Of a stretch of 57,075 nt of DNA, positions 40,001 to 53,950 are shown in pieces. This DNA is from Paramecium tetraurelia (lineage: Eukaryota): NCBI GenBank assembly GCA_000165425.1, contig CT868680.1, positions 262,108-319,182 of the forward strand, written 5' to 3'. The notes under the pieces are model-generated. The model ran no database searches. It saw nothing but the letters and a program-made list of their open reading frames with translations, and was not told the DNA's origin. Numbering within the stretch: the first letter of the stretch is position 1; every line of letters starts with the position of its first letter. Position numbers and translations under genes: made by a program.

Positions 40001-41943
40001 CAACATTTCCGCTCATCGTTATTATGATTGTCTCTTGTGATTCAGTTATTTTAGACTCTTGTCCTCCTCCTTGCTTTCTTTGATATATTGTTTTCTTAAT
40101 TTGACTTATTTATTAAGATAACTGTTCATGTTGTTCCTTATCATGTACAACCATTTATAAATAAGCATTATAAAATTCTAAAAGATTAAGATTGTTATTG
40201 TTTATCTCCACAAGTTCTTGATATCCTTCATCACAGAGATCAATCTGATGTAAAACTTTTAATCCAATATTTTATAATTTTAAGATATTAGGATGATCCT
40301 CTTAAAGTTCTCTCCAAAATTCTAAATGCGATTCTGCACTTTTCTAAATCATATTAGTTAGCACCACCAATTGATTCTAAAAGAACACAATAGAGTTCAC
40401 ATCAATGTCCTAGGCCTTTTCAGAGTCTTCTTACATTTCACTCTCAATATGTTGTTTGAAACGGAATAAACAAAATTCATCTCTCAGAGTATGATCTTTT
40501 GTGTCTTCTGCCTTCATCATATAATGGAGAGCATTGTATTTATTTTTTAACTCGTCGTTACATAAATAAGAATAAAATATTTTGAATCTAGCATTCTCCT
40601 TAAACTTTTCATCGGCTATAATGTCATCCAAAATAGATCCCAAAAGCTTCATCCAAGTCTCATGTTCTTTTGTACCCTCTTCTTTTTTGTGATCATATGA
40701 AATAAGTGATTTACAAGCACATCCTGTTTTTGTACAATTCACATAATGCAATTTTAATACTCCCATCAACTTTATTTTGGTGTTTGGAGATTATCGATCC
40801 AAAATCAATTAAATTAGAGTATTTAAGTAGTTGTCTGCCTCTTCTTCGTTCTTTAGGTTTTTTATTTAAAATGTCATAGATTCTTTAAGTATATTTTTGA
40901 AAGCATATAACCCTCCAAAGACTACACATGGTATTAAAACAAATAAATATAGTAATCCCATGTCATCTGGTGCCCCAGTATCTAAAAAGTCAGTGATAAT
41001 TACGCAAATATTGATCCACAACACAATTAATTCAAGAGTTATTTTGTAAAAATGTCTATTAATGTAAACATGCATAAATACATAAAATTATTGTATCCTG
41101 TTGGATAATTGTATCTTGAAAATAGGAGAATAAGATCTCCAACTCCAAATAAGACGACCATTTCACTATTGTAAGTACCAGGAGCATTAAAAATTATAAG
41201 AAAAGGAGTAACAAATTTGAATAGCATTCGTGCATATTCTGCATCAGATTAATAACCATTGAAAGGGAATTTTGATTTTGGACTTTTATCAATAATAATC
41301 TTTACTTTAGATCAAAGTACAATAATGTGGTGGAAAAATGAAAAAAGATTAGTAATACAATCCCAATGATAGCAGCTATCATATGAAGAATGTGAATGCC
41401 TTCATAGCAACCTAAGTCTGCTCCAGCTGCTGAATCTGATCTGCAATAGATTGTAGCCAAAAATACATTATAAAATGGAAGTGCCAATACTGTATTCAAA
41501 ATAATTAGTAATAAGGATAACAATTTGAAGGTAAAAATAAGCATGCCTGATTATTGTTCTTGATATTTTAATTGGCTTAATTAATATTAGCTAGTAAAGA
41601 ATATCACACCAATAATGACCATGACTCCAAATGAAATGTACAACAAAATTATGAATATTGTTACACCTTAATCAATTAAATAATTGTATTGAAAATAGCG
41701 AAGGATCATCCTGAAATAATTTAGTCCTTGATTATCCCATAAAAAATCGATCACTGGATGAATTGGATAGTACATCAGCTGTAAATTTTCAATGCTTAAC
41801 AACACACAGTAAATGAGAGTGTTACATAAATTATTCTGTATGATATTATGCATGATGTTAAATAGTGATATTTTGAATTTGTATTCCATTTCTTAAGAAG
41901 TACCCTTTTCTAATTAAGACTTCTTGTGATTCATAATCGACAT
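37088..41943 (-). CDS. Large multi-pass membrane protein with a PAS domain (TmcB/TmcC-like architecture)
   Basis: N-terminal TM bundle, PAS-like VASCNNEIQKSLGYPASELFEQNVSKIMPKIIGDQH, and further C-terminal TM segments. One 23-nt intron near 41283-41305 gives 1611 codons. Confidence 0.88.
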
Positions 41944-42594
41944 TTTTTAATTATATATTTTAAACTATTGATTTCTAAATCGCGCATTAGCATAAATCAA
42001 ACACAATAACATTATCAACTTTAAACTATAGAAAATTTTGAAAACTAAAGGACTATCAGTTGCCTTCTGATTTTACCATGTTAACTGTATTCGGAAGTTA
42101 TTGTCCTAAAAATACTTCAGGAATTATTTGGATAGCATAAGGAAATTATGAAAAATTTATTACTGATGGAGCAAAACCATTATATTAGCTATCCTGCCTT
42201 ATCAAAATTGACAGGATTTGAAAAAGGAATTACTTAATTAATTATGGAAATAAATTTAACAACTAAATCAATCACAATACCAGCTAGATTTGAAAATTCA
42301 ATGGTTAACAACTAAAAATATTTAAAACCTTAGTATTTTATGTAACCGATCTTTTTCAAGTCAATTCTGTTGTAATTCAATGTCTATTGCTGGATCATTA
42401 CCTTTTTATTTACTAAAAGAGTAATTTTAGTAATAGCATTGTAATAAATGGAGGAAAGATGCCCAAATTAGAATAACGTAAAAATTATAATGTAATGCAT
42501 TACTTTGCTAAATTGATTATTATTTTATTTTCATTTTGATAATATTAAAAAATGAAATGTTATTATTAAATTTATAGACCATAAATATACTCAA

Positions 42595-44887
42595 ATGGAT
42601 GACAATGTTGTACCTTAACAAATCATCAAATTGTTATAAGATAAAAGCTAGGATAAGAAACAATAAGGATGCCAATAATTAAAATCATTAGTTGAATCTT
42701 ATGCTTAAAGTGGAAAGGAATTGCTAATCAAATAAATAATAGAGACTTTAAAAATAAAACTTACCTCTTAATCATAATTATAATATAAAAGATAAGGGAT
42801 GGTTGCAATTTAAACTGTAGCTGAACTTCTAGTAAAAGAAGTAATCCAAAATTTTATAAATAGTTTCCTCAATTAGCCGAAAAATGTGTTAAAGACCTAA
42901 CTTAGCCTATTTTAGAATGCCTAAACGATAAAGAGGATAAGGCGAGATAATATGCTGTTGAATGTTTGCTTTAATTAACAAAGATTATGAAAACTATGAT
43001 CCTTCTAAATTTTAATGAAATATTCGATTATCAACTGGGAAGATCAGCAGAATAAGAATCTTCAATAGTTTAAGCCATGTTCTTATTGGATTAATTATTA
43101 AAGTCTTAGGTGTAAACAGCAGTTCAAGAGAAATTTTTAGATCCGGGAAAACAATATTATTTTAACTTAAACTCGTTTATGAACTAGTTATAAAACAAAC
43201 TAAAGACTAGGGTAACATACGTTCGATAATTCCTGCTTGGATGGATAAAAGTCTTAAACCAATGTCATAATAATGATTTGTATATTTATTTTCCCATGAT
43301 ACTGGAAGGCATATTCATGATGTTAGGAGAGTCAAATAAGTAAAGCCATTCAGTATTATTAGGGAAGTTCGTAATGGAGCTGACTTGCAAGCAAATGAAT
43401 TCTTGAAATAAGTAGAGATCAAAGTAAATCTAGATTAAAGAGTTAACGAATAAATTATAGAAATTTTGCTTAAAATTTGTTAAATGAAAGGAAACCAAAA
43501 TAATTATGCCAAATTAAATTCTTTACTATGGATTTTTGAATATTTAAGAGTTTTTTAACAAGAATTAGAGGAGGAATAAAAATGTAGGTTGGGATTATAA
43601 CATTCCCCATCACATGTTAAATCAGATGAATATTTGAGGAGCAATACATCTCCAATTTCAAAAAATTAAATATAATAATATTTGGGAGGATTTGAATCGC
43701 CCTTACGAAAAACTATATTGAACAGTTTAAGCTAAATTTTGGGTCCTATCCTAATATTATTATCTCATGAGGAGGAGGAAATAAGGAAAGCAGCTTAGAA
43801 GACAAATGAATTGTTACTAAAGGTTATGGATAGAATAAAAAATTAATCGGTAGAGTTTATCAACATTGTACCAACAATAAAAGAGATGTTAACTGATAAA
43901 AAGAGCAATACAGCTGAATCAGCATTAATATGGATGAAACATTTATTAGAAATGTATTCTGAGTCTCTTTTTCCAACAATAGAAGATATTTTAACAAAAG
44001 TATTTATTATTAGATTAGCTAGCTTATTGACAAATTGGCAGATTCTGAATCTGCTATAGTATAAAACATTATGGACGTATTAGCAAATATATCGATGCAC
44101 AGCCAATATTTTGAAATGGTGATCGACAAAATTTTAATTATGCTTCATAAAAATCAAGAATAATCTGAAAAGAAAGGAGATTAAATATTTAAGAAGCTAT
44201 GCTCACTTCTTAATCCATAGAAGGTTTATTTCACAATAACAGCGAAATTATTGGAAATATATTCAGAAAATGATGTAATTTTTATCAGTAATACTGTTCA
44301 AATATTAACCAACCTCTTAATTTCTGAAAAAGAGCTACAAAATCTACGAAATATTCTAAGGAATTTAAAACATGAAAAGGATGACAAAAAAAAATAACAG
44401 AATTAAGAAATCTTCGAAACGCTGTACAGGACATTTTGCTATAATTCAATGAGTGTGATTACTCTATGTTTATTATCTGAGGAATATGAGTTGGCTTATA
44501 AAATAATTATTAGTTTTTCAGAAGTGGAAGTTAATGAATGTATTTTATCAGAGATAGCCTAATTAATTAATGTTTTAGAAACGCCAGTATTCATTTGTAA
44601 TATCAATAACTATTAAAGTTTTAAGGTTACAATTATTAGAGTATGATTCTCATCCATTCTTAATGAAATGTTTGTTTGGCTTAATGATGCTATTGCCATA
44701 AGGAGTTGCTTTCAATACCCTGAGGTAAAGACTTAAAAATGTTTCAAATACTTAAATATAATCCTTGCAATAGGACAAGAAAATTGAAATTGAAGAATTT
44801 TTGGATATTTAGAGATTGCTGTCATTATTTAGAGACATTCGTTTCTAGTGCATAAATTAAGAATCAAAATAAAAAGATTAACATTGA
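42595..44887 (+). CDS. VAC14: VAC14 scaffold of the PIKfyve/Fab1-FIG4 complex
   Basis: HEAT-like N-terminus; YVRQFLLGWIKVL; C-terminal LETPVFIFLRLQLLE..HPFLMKCLFGLMMLLPQGVAFNTLRQRL. Confidence 0.92.
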
Positions 44888-44909
44888 TCATTATGTATAT
44901 TGATATCAT

Positions 44910-47104
44910 TCATTCATTAAATAATTATATAATCTCTTTACTCATTTGACTTAATTTTGAATACTCATTTAAATATCCTCCAAAATGGTCGCAACAAAAT
45001 ATAATTCTATCATTCTCCAAATTTTCTTAATTAATTTCTATCTATCTTGAGTATCTCTGAGAATAATGAGTTAATGTAATAACTTTTGCGTCAGCAAGCA
45101 TGCCTACTTTAACAGCCTCAGAAATTGTAGAGTGCATATTTTAAAGTGCATTCTCTTACAAATCATCTGTAAAAGTGGATTCATGAATTAGAATATCAAC
45201 ATTTTATGATAATTTTATAAATCTATCACATGGTCTTGTATCTCCAGAATAAGATAAAGATCTTCCATCACATAAATTTAATCTTACTCCATAAGATTAT
45301 GGGCAATGCTCAACAGGCGTAACTTTTATAGAATCTAATTCAAATTAATCCTTCAAACAACTTATAAGGTCTTCATAGTTTTTAATGAAATTTTAATTAT
45401 CTTAAATTTATACTAATTCACCTTATCTAATTCGACATTAATGAAAACAATCCTTTATTAATTGATTAATATCTTCTTTAAAATCCTAATCAAATTATTA
45501 CGACACAATAATTTTCCAATTACATTACTCTCCTAAGATTTCCTTGAAAAACATCAGCCAAGGAACTACTATTGCAGGCACAATTAAATATATTTCATTA
45601 TGGCATTTACATAAATTATGAACAATTTATAATAAACCTAAATGATGATCGCTATGAGCATGGCTTATCCAAATAATTAGTGGCTTATTATCAAGAACTA
45701 TATTTTCATCGCTGATCTATTTAAAAGTTCCTTCTCCACAATCTAAAATAATGTTAGATTTCAATTTTTCATTCACTAAAATAATCCCTGAAACATTTCT
45801 TAACTATCCTGGTTTCATAGAACAAGTACCTAAAAATATTAATCTTATATGATCGATTCCTTTTTATTAAAATTATTATTAATAGTTTTTGAATTAAATG
45901 TTAGTAAACATCTCAGACATTATTTTTGGGGAAAAATTCTAAACTGGTTTATACCCCTATTATTTCGTTGGGAGAATTAAATATTCAAAAAGAGGAATGT
46001 AGCCAAATATTTAGTTTACATCTTTAAAATCAATAGGTATGGGTCTTAATTTTAAGCATTCAATATGAGGAAAATTAAATGGATATTGTTTATGTAAAAA
46101 ATTTGATAAAAGTTCTGATAAAGGTTGGATCTTCATATGTGTTTAACAAATCTTATCATCACTTTCCTTATAATAGTTACAGAAAATATGATTAAAGTAG
46201 GAATATTTTTTAATAAAGTCAATATAGTATTCTTCCTAAATTTGGTGAGATAAATGAAAAACAGCAACTAAATTTACCTATTTTGCTTGAAATTATTCCA
46301 GAGTCTTCTTGAATTCTATATGACCCATCAATTTCTACATTTATTCTTCATTTCCAATATCCAAAATAATTGCAACTTAAGGTATAATGTCAGGTTCTTT
46401 TACTTATTCAATTGTAACTATTTATCCATCTTCTAGAATAACTTTGCCATTCTTTGACAAATCTTGCATTTTATTAGCAGGAACTTTAAATTATTGTAAT
46501 TTATCTTTATTGTAGTTACCTGGTTAGGGGAATGATGAAATGACATATTGAATTGTATCATTTATTTCAATAGCTTATATTTATATATTTTGATCCTTAA
46601 ACAAAGTTGAATTTTTCATATAGATAGAAGCATCATTAGATTCTTTTGGATCAATAATATGCTCCTTAATTATTTTCAAGAGTATTCTTATAACTTACAA
46701 TCGTTCTGCTGCAATAGTTCTTCTATTAGCTTTGTATCTTTTGTTCCCAATAAGCAGTTTCCATTAAATTCTTACACCGAATAAGGTAATGTTTTAAAAC
46801 CTCCTATTTCATTATATCTTTTCATATTGATTAATTTACAAAGTCCTTTTGGCCCATAAATTTTTGTATTAACTCCACAATTTTATGCCAATAATGTTGA
46901 TAAATATCCAAAACAACCAGTTGTTGTTTGTGTGCTCAATCTGGTAAAAAATATTCGAGGCCCTTGATTGATTTTTACTTAATTGTCTTTTGTGAACCTT
47001 TAAAATCCATCCGGAAGATTAAAAATATACCTAATATTATCAAAGGAGCAAACAATATTTGGAGTTTCTTAATTTTTAATAACTTAAAAGGAAAATCTCA
47101 CCAT
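44910..47104 (-). CDS. TRZ1: tRNase Z, long form (ELAC2/Trz1-like)
   Basis: YIFNLPDGFQRF, FLGTCSMKPG, LDCGEGT, metallo-beta-lactamase motif SHAHSDHHLG, YSGDTRPC, HESTF and HST. Confidence 0.92.
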
Positions 47105-47799
47105 AATTAATATTGCAGCAATATTTAAATTATAGAAATATAAAAATAATTGAAATCAATGATTTAAATCTTTATTCATTTTAATCAATTAATATTAAGT
47201 TTTTGTAGTTATTTGTACGAAAAGACGATCTTCATTATTTTGGGACTTCAATAAGCATTCTACTGAATTCCATAAGTATTTCATTATGTTGTACTTCGCA
47301 ACAATAGTTAATTCATCATTGTCTGCTTTGGCGTCAGTGATATTTCTTCAAACCATACCACCTGTTGATATCAATATTGCACTTTTCAATTTCAAAATTT
47401 ATAATGGTTAATAAAAGATTCATACTCAGTAAAATAATTGGTTTAATATAATCAATAACAGGTTTCCTAAGATGGCAATCTAAAGTCGAAAGAGAAATAA
47501 AAATATATAAACAAATAATATCATTCAAATATCAAAGGTTATAAAAATGAATAATATGAAAGATGGCTAACTAATTAAAAGAAACCCCAATAAAGGTTGG
47601 GTTTTGAATCAAATCTAGATAATCAAACACTCCACACACATGAAGCATAAAATCGAAATCAATTTAAACCTAAATTAATTAGGGACGAAGTCTAGTAATT
47701 CTATCCTAATAAATATTAAATTTGATTTTCTTATATATTATTGCATTTTATAAGATTCCCCTTTAGCTATTGACTAAACACTCATTTCAGATATTTTAC

Positions 47800-50700
47800 A
47801 TTTTTATTTTCAATAGATTCATTGTCTCCTTAATTTGTTACAGATATAGTAAAGTTATTTATTATGGTTGATTATTATCTATTTAACATCTAAAGAATGA
47901 TTTGTTACAGATTGGATAATTCAATAAGTTCAAATATCAAGATAAGTACATAATTAAAGGTTAGTTATGTTGTAAAGTATATCTAAAGGTTGAATATGTT
48001 AGAATAAAGTTGTCTGATATTAAAATTTTGAGTTATATGATTAGGAAGATGATTTTTTGATTGCACCACTACAATGATTATGATACTTACACACCTTTCT
48101 AAATAAAATGGGCAACTTTATAATATTTGCTGATATTGTGTTTCTTATTCTAGCATTCTCCAGATCAGTTTCCTCATATAAAAGGAAATGCTACAACTTG
48201 TGAAGAAAATTCTAGTCTCTGTCCTTTATTCTTTAGAAGGATTCATAAGTGTGTGATATCAAGATATCATAAACGCTATTCCATTGGATGACTAATACAT
48301 CTCTCAGATTCTATTATGTTCTATTTCTTTTCATCATCATTATTCATATTCTGGATTGTTATAAAAATATCATTAATTTATATTATTATAATTTATTTTG
48401 AAAACATTTCATTATAAGTTTCTCTATATACAAATTTAATTTTCTTTTTCCTTTGAGACTATAGTTTTTTGATAATTCGATTTAAGACTTAAAAGTTAAA
48501 TATTCTTGCTTTAAATGATTGAAGTTGAACCTTCATAACAATATTACTTTGAGATTAAAATTCTAATTCCAGAAAAAATCAATAATCTTCATTTTCATTA
48601 GTAATGTATTTACATTTAAAGACCCATTAAAATCTAAATATTAAAATAATATATATTAATATAAATAAAGTTATATAGAATAGATAAGGAATTAATATAT
48701 ATGAAATTATTTATTAAAGTTACTTATTTTATTATCAATGCGATGAATTTATTTTTCTGATTTATTGATCAAATTAAGGTCTTATCTTCGACCTAAAATT
48801 AATTAATATTAACAAGAAATATGTTTGGCATAAATAAAAACTTATGATTTAACTATTGGACCTGCATTTTGCTAATTTGATAGCAATCTATGCAGTTTTC
48901 ATAAAATGATCAATTCAAATAGATCAACACGCTTCTAGTTGTCGTTGTATTTAATTATTCTAATTAACTAAGCAGTACAATTAATTTTAAAATATGCACA
49001 AAAGACAAAATTGGAACATCAAGGTTTCCAAACATCTAACGTATTAAGATGCAGTAAAAAGTCTTTTATCGGTCATAGCACACACTTATTATTTATGCTA
49101 CATTGTATCTAAATAGAATATAAAGTAGCCGTTTGTACAATAATTCTTTTGGTTGCTTGAATATATTTGATATCAATTACTACTCTTGGGAAATTTTGTT
49201 TATTATTATCCCAATACAAATGTTGAACCTAACTACATTAACACACTCTGAAAGTATTTTTGCATGAATTATTTGCTGTAACCGATTAGTTAGTACAAAT
49301 AATTGCATTTAGATTAGTATATGGTAAAATGTATCCTCTATGTAGAAGATTTGCACCACAGCATCTAGAAGAACAAGTTTGAGACTATTGATATCCATCA
49401 ACTCAACCTGTAAATAGAGTAAAAGTATGAAGGACCAGCAACATTCAAATAATAACCTTGAAAAAAAAGGCGAAATAATAAGTTCTGAAAGTAAAACTAT
49501 TAGTACAGGATAAGGTTCATAATTATAAATCCATAAAATTTTGATTAGCTTGTGCTAAATATTCAGATAATTCGACTTTAAAGTTAAGGTTATGCACATA
49601 ATTTTTCTCGTAAACATATTATTGGATTTAAATACTTTTTAAGAATTCAAAAAAAAGACTCACATCCTTACTCTATTATAGAGCTACCTACTGTTAAGAT
49701 ACACAAAAGGATATTTCTTAAAATAAAACTCTTAGTGCTATCTGCTTCAACATGTAATTAACTTAGAATAAATCTACTAAAGCGTTTACAAGGTTTCCAG
49801 ACACCGACTCTGCTCTTCCTGTGATTCATGTATTCTGAGTAATTATCTTGGTCATAGTGCATCTTCCTCATCTTGTGATTGTGTAAATTTCATGATATTT
49901 TATTAGCATCTCACTTAAGCATTGTGGTGATTGCTTCTTTGGTCACACTTGCAAATTATATGCCATCATCTGGTGCATCCACTAAATGTCAGGATAGGTG
50001 GACAAATTATACTGCTGGCAAGGATTGTAAATAAGCAGATTTTGATACATTCTTATGATTAGCTAATAGTCATTTTTCTACCTTTGTTATTCTATTGTTC
50101 TTTCTAGACATTTCAATGCTAATGTAGCTCTAAATTTATATTATATCCACCCCTTTATTTGAAAAAAGCTGAATTTATGATTCATCCCTCCTAAAACCTG
50201 TAATTTTTTTGTTAGAAATGAAACTGTTGCATGAATAATGCTCTATTGGTTATACAACTTTTCATCAACTTATGATCAAACCTTTAAATGATCTTTAATT
50301 TATTAAATGAATCCTGATAGATTTAAATATTGTTAAACTGCTATTAGCTGTGCTACTAATTTCCAAGCTGTTATATCTCTTCTTCTTAATAAAAATACAC
50401 ATCATATCTACATATCTGCTTAACTAGATGCTTCACTTCTTGAGAATACACTCGATATATTCCATATTTCTTTTATAATAATACAGGTTATGTTCTATGT
50501 TTTTTGGTATTTGATCATAATATTTCAATAACTAAAACACATATTGATGGCTATACCAAATATGGCAGTAATGGCAATCAGTTTTATAATTGACATTGTA
50601 AACTTAATTGTTCAATCCTTTGCTATTATTTTTCGAATGTACTAGCGAGATCTAAATCTCTGTAAATTGTGAGCATTTTGCAAATAATTGTAATATTTAT

Positions 50701-52400
50701 AAATCTTCATTTAAGTTTCCGTGTATGATGCTTCTTTTTGAATGCTATTAGTTAAAATATAAATTTTCAAGTAGTAGGTGTATCAGTCGTTCTAGATCCT
50801 AGAGACACTTGTTTTATTTATTAAACTTAATTATTTGCTGATATTTGATTCAATTATGCTTTGTTGTTTGCCTCATAATTAAATGAAAGGTTCTGATTGT
50901 AGCTTAACCCCAAAATCATGCTGGCTGAATTTAAAGTTGAGCAGAATGTGCATCTAGTGAAACTATGTTAAATAGTGCAGAACAAATAATAATTTGGTGT
51001 AACATTTAACATAACCTATCCTTCAAACTATTGTGGTTACTCTTTAAATGTTTGCACTTTTTCCTAATTTACATCTTGCGCTAGCTCTCTGTACAAAATA
51101 TACATGATGGATTAAAGTTTGTTTTTAGTGTGGCATGAATTATTTTCACTGTTTTATAGCTTTCACAAGTTCAAATATTCATTATGTTGGACTTCATTTT
51201 TTCTAAATATATCTCAACATACTAGGCATGTTAAACTTAATGTAAGAATTAACCGCTTTATTTAATGTTAATGCATAATTAGATATTCTAATGTTGGGTC
51301 TTGATATTGTCCATCCTCTAGTTTTATTGGTAGATATTTCTAAACTCCCAAACTTGAACAGCTAATTATTTATTAATGATTCTGGAAATTTAAAGTTCAT
51401 GTACACTTATGTGTGTCAGGAGTTTGATATTATACCATTCCTTCTCAAATCGAAAAAGCATCTTTAGAGTTTATTTTGTTCTTATTCTGAACTCCAGATT
51501 ATAGTACTCTTTTCTTTTTTAATTTGGTTAGCTTCAATTCCTTTTGAATTTTGTGCATCAAATTTGTATTTTGTTACTTACAGTTTCTTCTCCAATAAAC
51601 TATCATGTTTGTTGTTCCTGTAGTAGTGCCTACAATTCGACAAATAAATTACTTATCCTAATTTGGAATTGAATTATACCATGTGTTAAATGTGTATACA
51701 CCTTTACTTGTAACTTATTTTATAAAGCTATTATTATACTAAAAATGCATGGTATCCCCTATGGCATTTCATATAACATGCCTGACACAATTTATTTATC
51801 CTGTAATTATTTTGATAAACGACATACCATACTGATTCTAGTAATACAGCATGGTACTCACATGTTTCTATATATTTCCTTCATCTTAATGTTTGCGTTG
51901 GCTGCTATATGTCCAAATTTGGAGATAGCCTAATTTGAATATGCTAGCATTCTGGCAATCCTAAAATATTTTTGGCTCCTTGCCTTGAATTTCATTCAAT
52001 ACTAATGGACATAAATTTCACTAATGGATTATCTATATTGCTTTAAGGTACACCAGCCCCTTCTAAACGTCTTCTCCCACTTTGCTTCAAAAATTCATTA
52101 GTAATTTGCAAATAAATGTGTGTTGTGACCAAAATGCACATTGTATACTTTTTTGTAACTACTTAAAATTAAACATTTCACCAAACAAAATTAACCCTAT
52201 GGCGTTTAATTTGCGAAACTATGTTAAGAAAAAAGTGCATATTTCGTTACATCTTTTGTATATTAAGATTGCTTCAGAAATGCAACTGCTGTTAAAAAAT
52301 GTTTGCTAAAGTTCTATCTCTTAATCACGCTGCATTACTTGCTCAATTAAATGTGCTAACCAGTATTTTTTATCAAAGAGGATATTTCTTGAATGATAAC
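47800..52400 (-). pseudogene. Decayed Cys/Thr-rich surface-protein-like sequence (boundaries approximate)
   Basis: Minus strand is rich in TGT/TGC/ACA/ACT codon-like runs. The segments I translated are broken by TGA and frameshifts. Confidence 0.5.
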
Positions 52401-53950
52401 TCATAGGATTCATATAAACAGCTCATGCATTTTAGTGTTTGCAGATAAGTTTTGTAATTAACGTAAAATTGTAATAATTGCAATTTCAACAGCAAATGTT
52501 ATTCTTAATGCATTTTATTCTGATTCTGGTTCTAAAACATCCAAATTAATGATAATTCCTTGACAATACTATTGAGTATGGCTACCAATTAAGGATTGGT
52601 TGATGTCATCCAACGATTATAGCAATCCTAAATGATATATTACTTATGTTTGTGACTTGTAAATTCCTGTTTTGATATACCTCTTTTTGTTTTCATGCGT
52701 AATTTCATGCTAAACTTATCTTCGGCAGCTTCATTTGCAATAATTTCCAATTATTTCTTGACTTTTTTTTATAATGTTTATGTTTATCTCTAATTAATTA
52801 TAATTTTTTAAACTATTCTTCTGCTAATTGCCTATTATATTCACTTAATAAGCTAATCCTTTTACAAGGCTTTTCATGCAACTCAAAGTTTAGAATGTCT
52901 TGATAGCTACATGATATTAACTACCTTTAATAAAAGCTCACCACTCTAATCTCAATGCTTGGTATATAATTAATTATATCTCATTTACATATCCTTATGG
53001 TTGTCTGTGGTATTTCAAGTTGCTCTAGATGTATTGTAGTCTAAGTTGGGAATTAGTTTTAAATTAATTCAACACTTTACTTCCTGCACAATTTGTTTGA
53101 CATCACTTAGCTTGTTAAACTTTCTCTTTGTACTTATGCTTCACTTGACCTAGTGCTAAATGTTCATTTTGAAATCCCAGATTAAAGATGAATTGATATG
53201 CATAATTAGCCATAATTAATGGCGTAATTGTTAATGCTCTTATCTAACATTTACTTTATCCGATGATTGCTGGCTATTTCAGAAATTGAACTAAGAAACT
53301 TTTTTGACAGCTTTTAACTGTGTAAGCTTCAACAATTCTGTTGCCTGTTTATATATCGCAAATAAAATTAAGTGCTGCATTTTAAGTATATTATATTATA
53401 CAATCAGAAAAGATGGCTTGCAAAATTTTGATGATCACAAACTTCATGAACTACTTATTTTACATTAATTATGCTTGTTTGTATTTTGACAATCTTGCAA
53501 GTATAATTGTGTTACTGGCTATGGATTACTGCCATATAAGACACGTTTAGCTTACGCCCCCATGACTTGTCATTAGTTTCCTTCTTGATATTTTAGTAAC
53601 GGCAATATTGGAAATGATGTTATTAAACTATTGCAAAAATTAATAATATATTGAGTTACTATTTATTCAATCAATTTTAAAAAACCATAAAGCCAATATC
53701 TGATCCAAGTTGGCTAGTAATTGTTAATTTCCCTCAACTGAACCTTAAGAAAATTGTTGATCTTGCATTTTTTTATATTGTCTTTATTATGGATATTGAG
53801 ACTCAGGCTTTTGTTTCAGTTGCCCTAAAAATCAGAATCAATCTTACCAATATCTTGCTGATATAGATGTTAAAAATGCCAACTACCTTTTTTATAAGTA
53901 CGATCCAGAACAGTTTTTTTTTAATGATGTCTTCTTTGTTGAACGGAGCC
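52400..53950 (+). pseudogene. Decayed Cys-rich protein sequence (boundaries approximate)
   Basis: Fragments such as QNCNNCNFNSKCYSQC and QSCKYNCVTGYG are interrupted by TGA codons and frameshifts. Confidence 0.45.

Noticed and set aside
1..47104. Retained IESs within genes
   Set aside because: In the genes whose lengths I checked (TMP, COPA, 14-3-3, RING, V-ATPase E, PAS), the frame is accounted for by GT..AG introns alone, so no TA-bounded insertion is needed.
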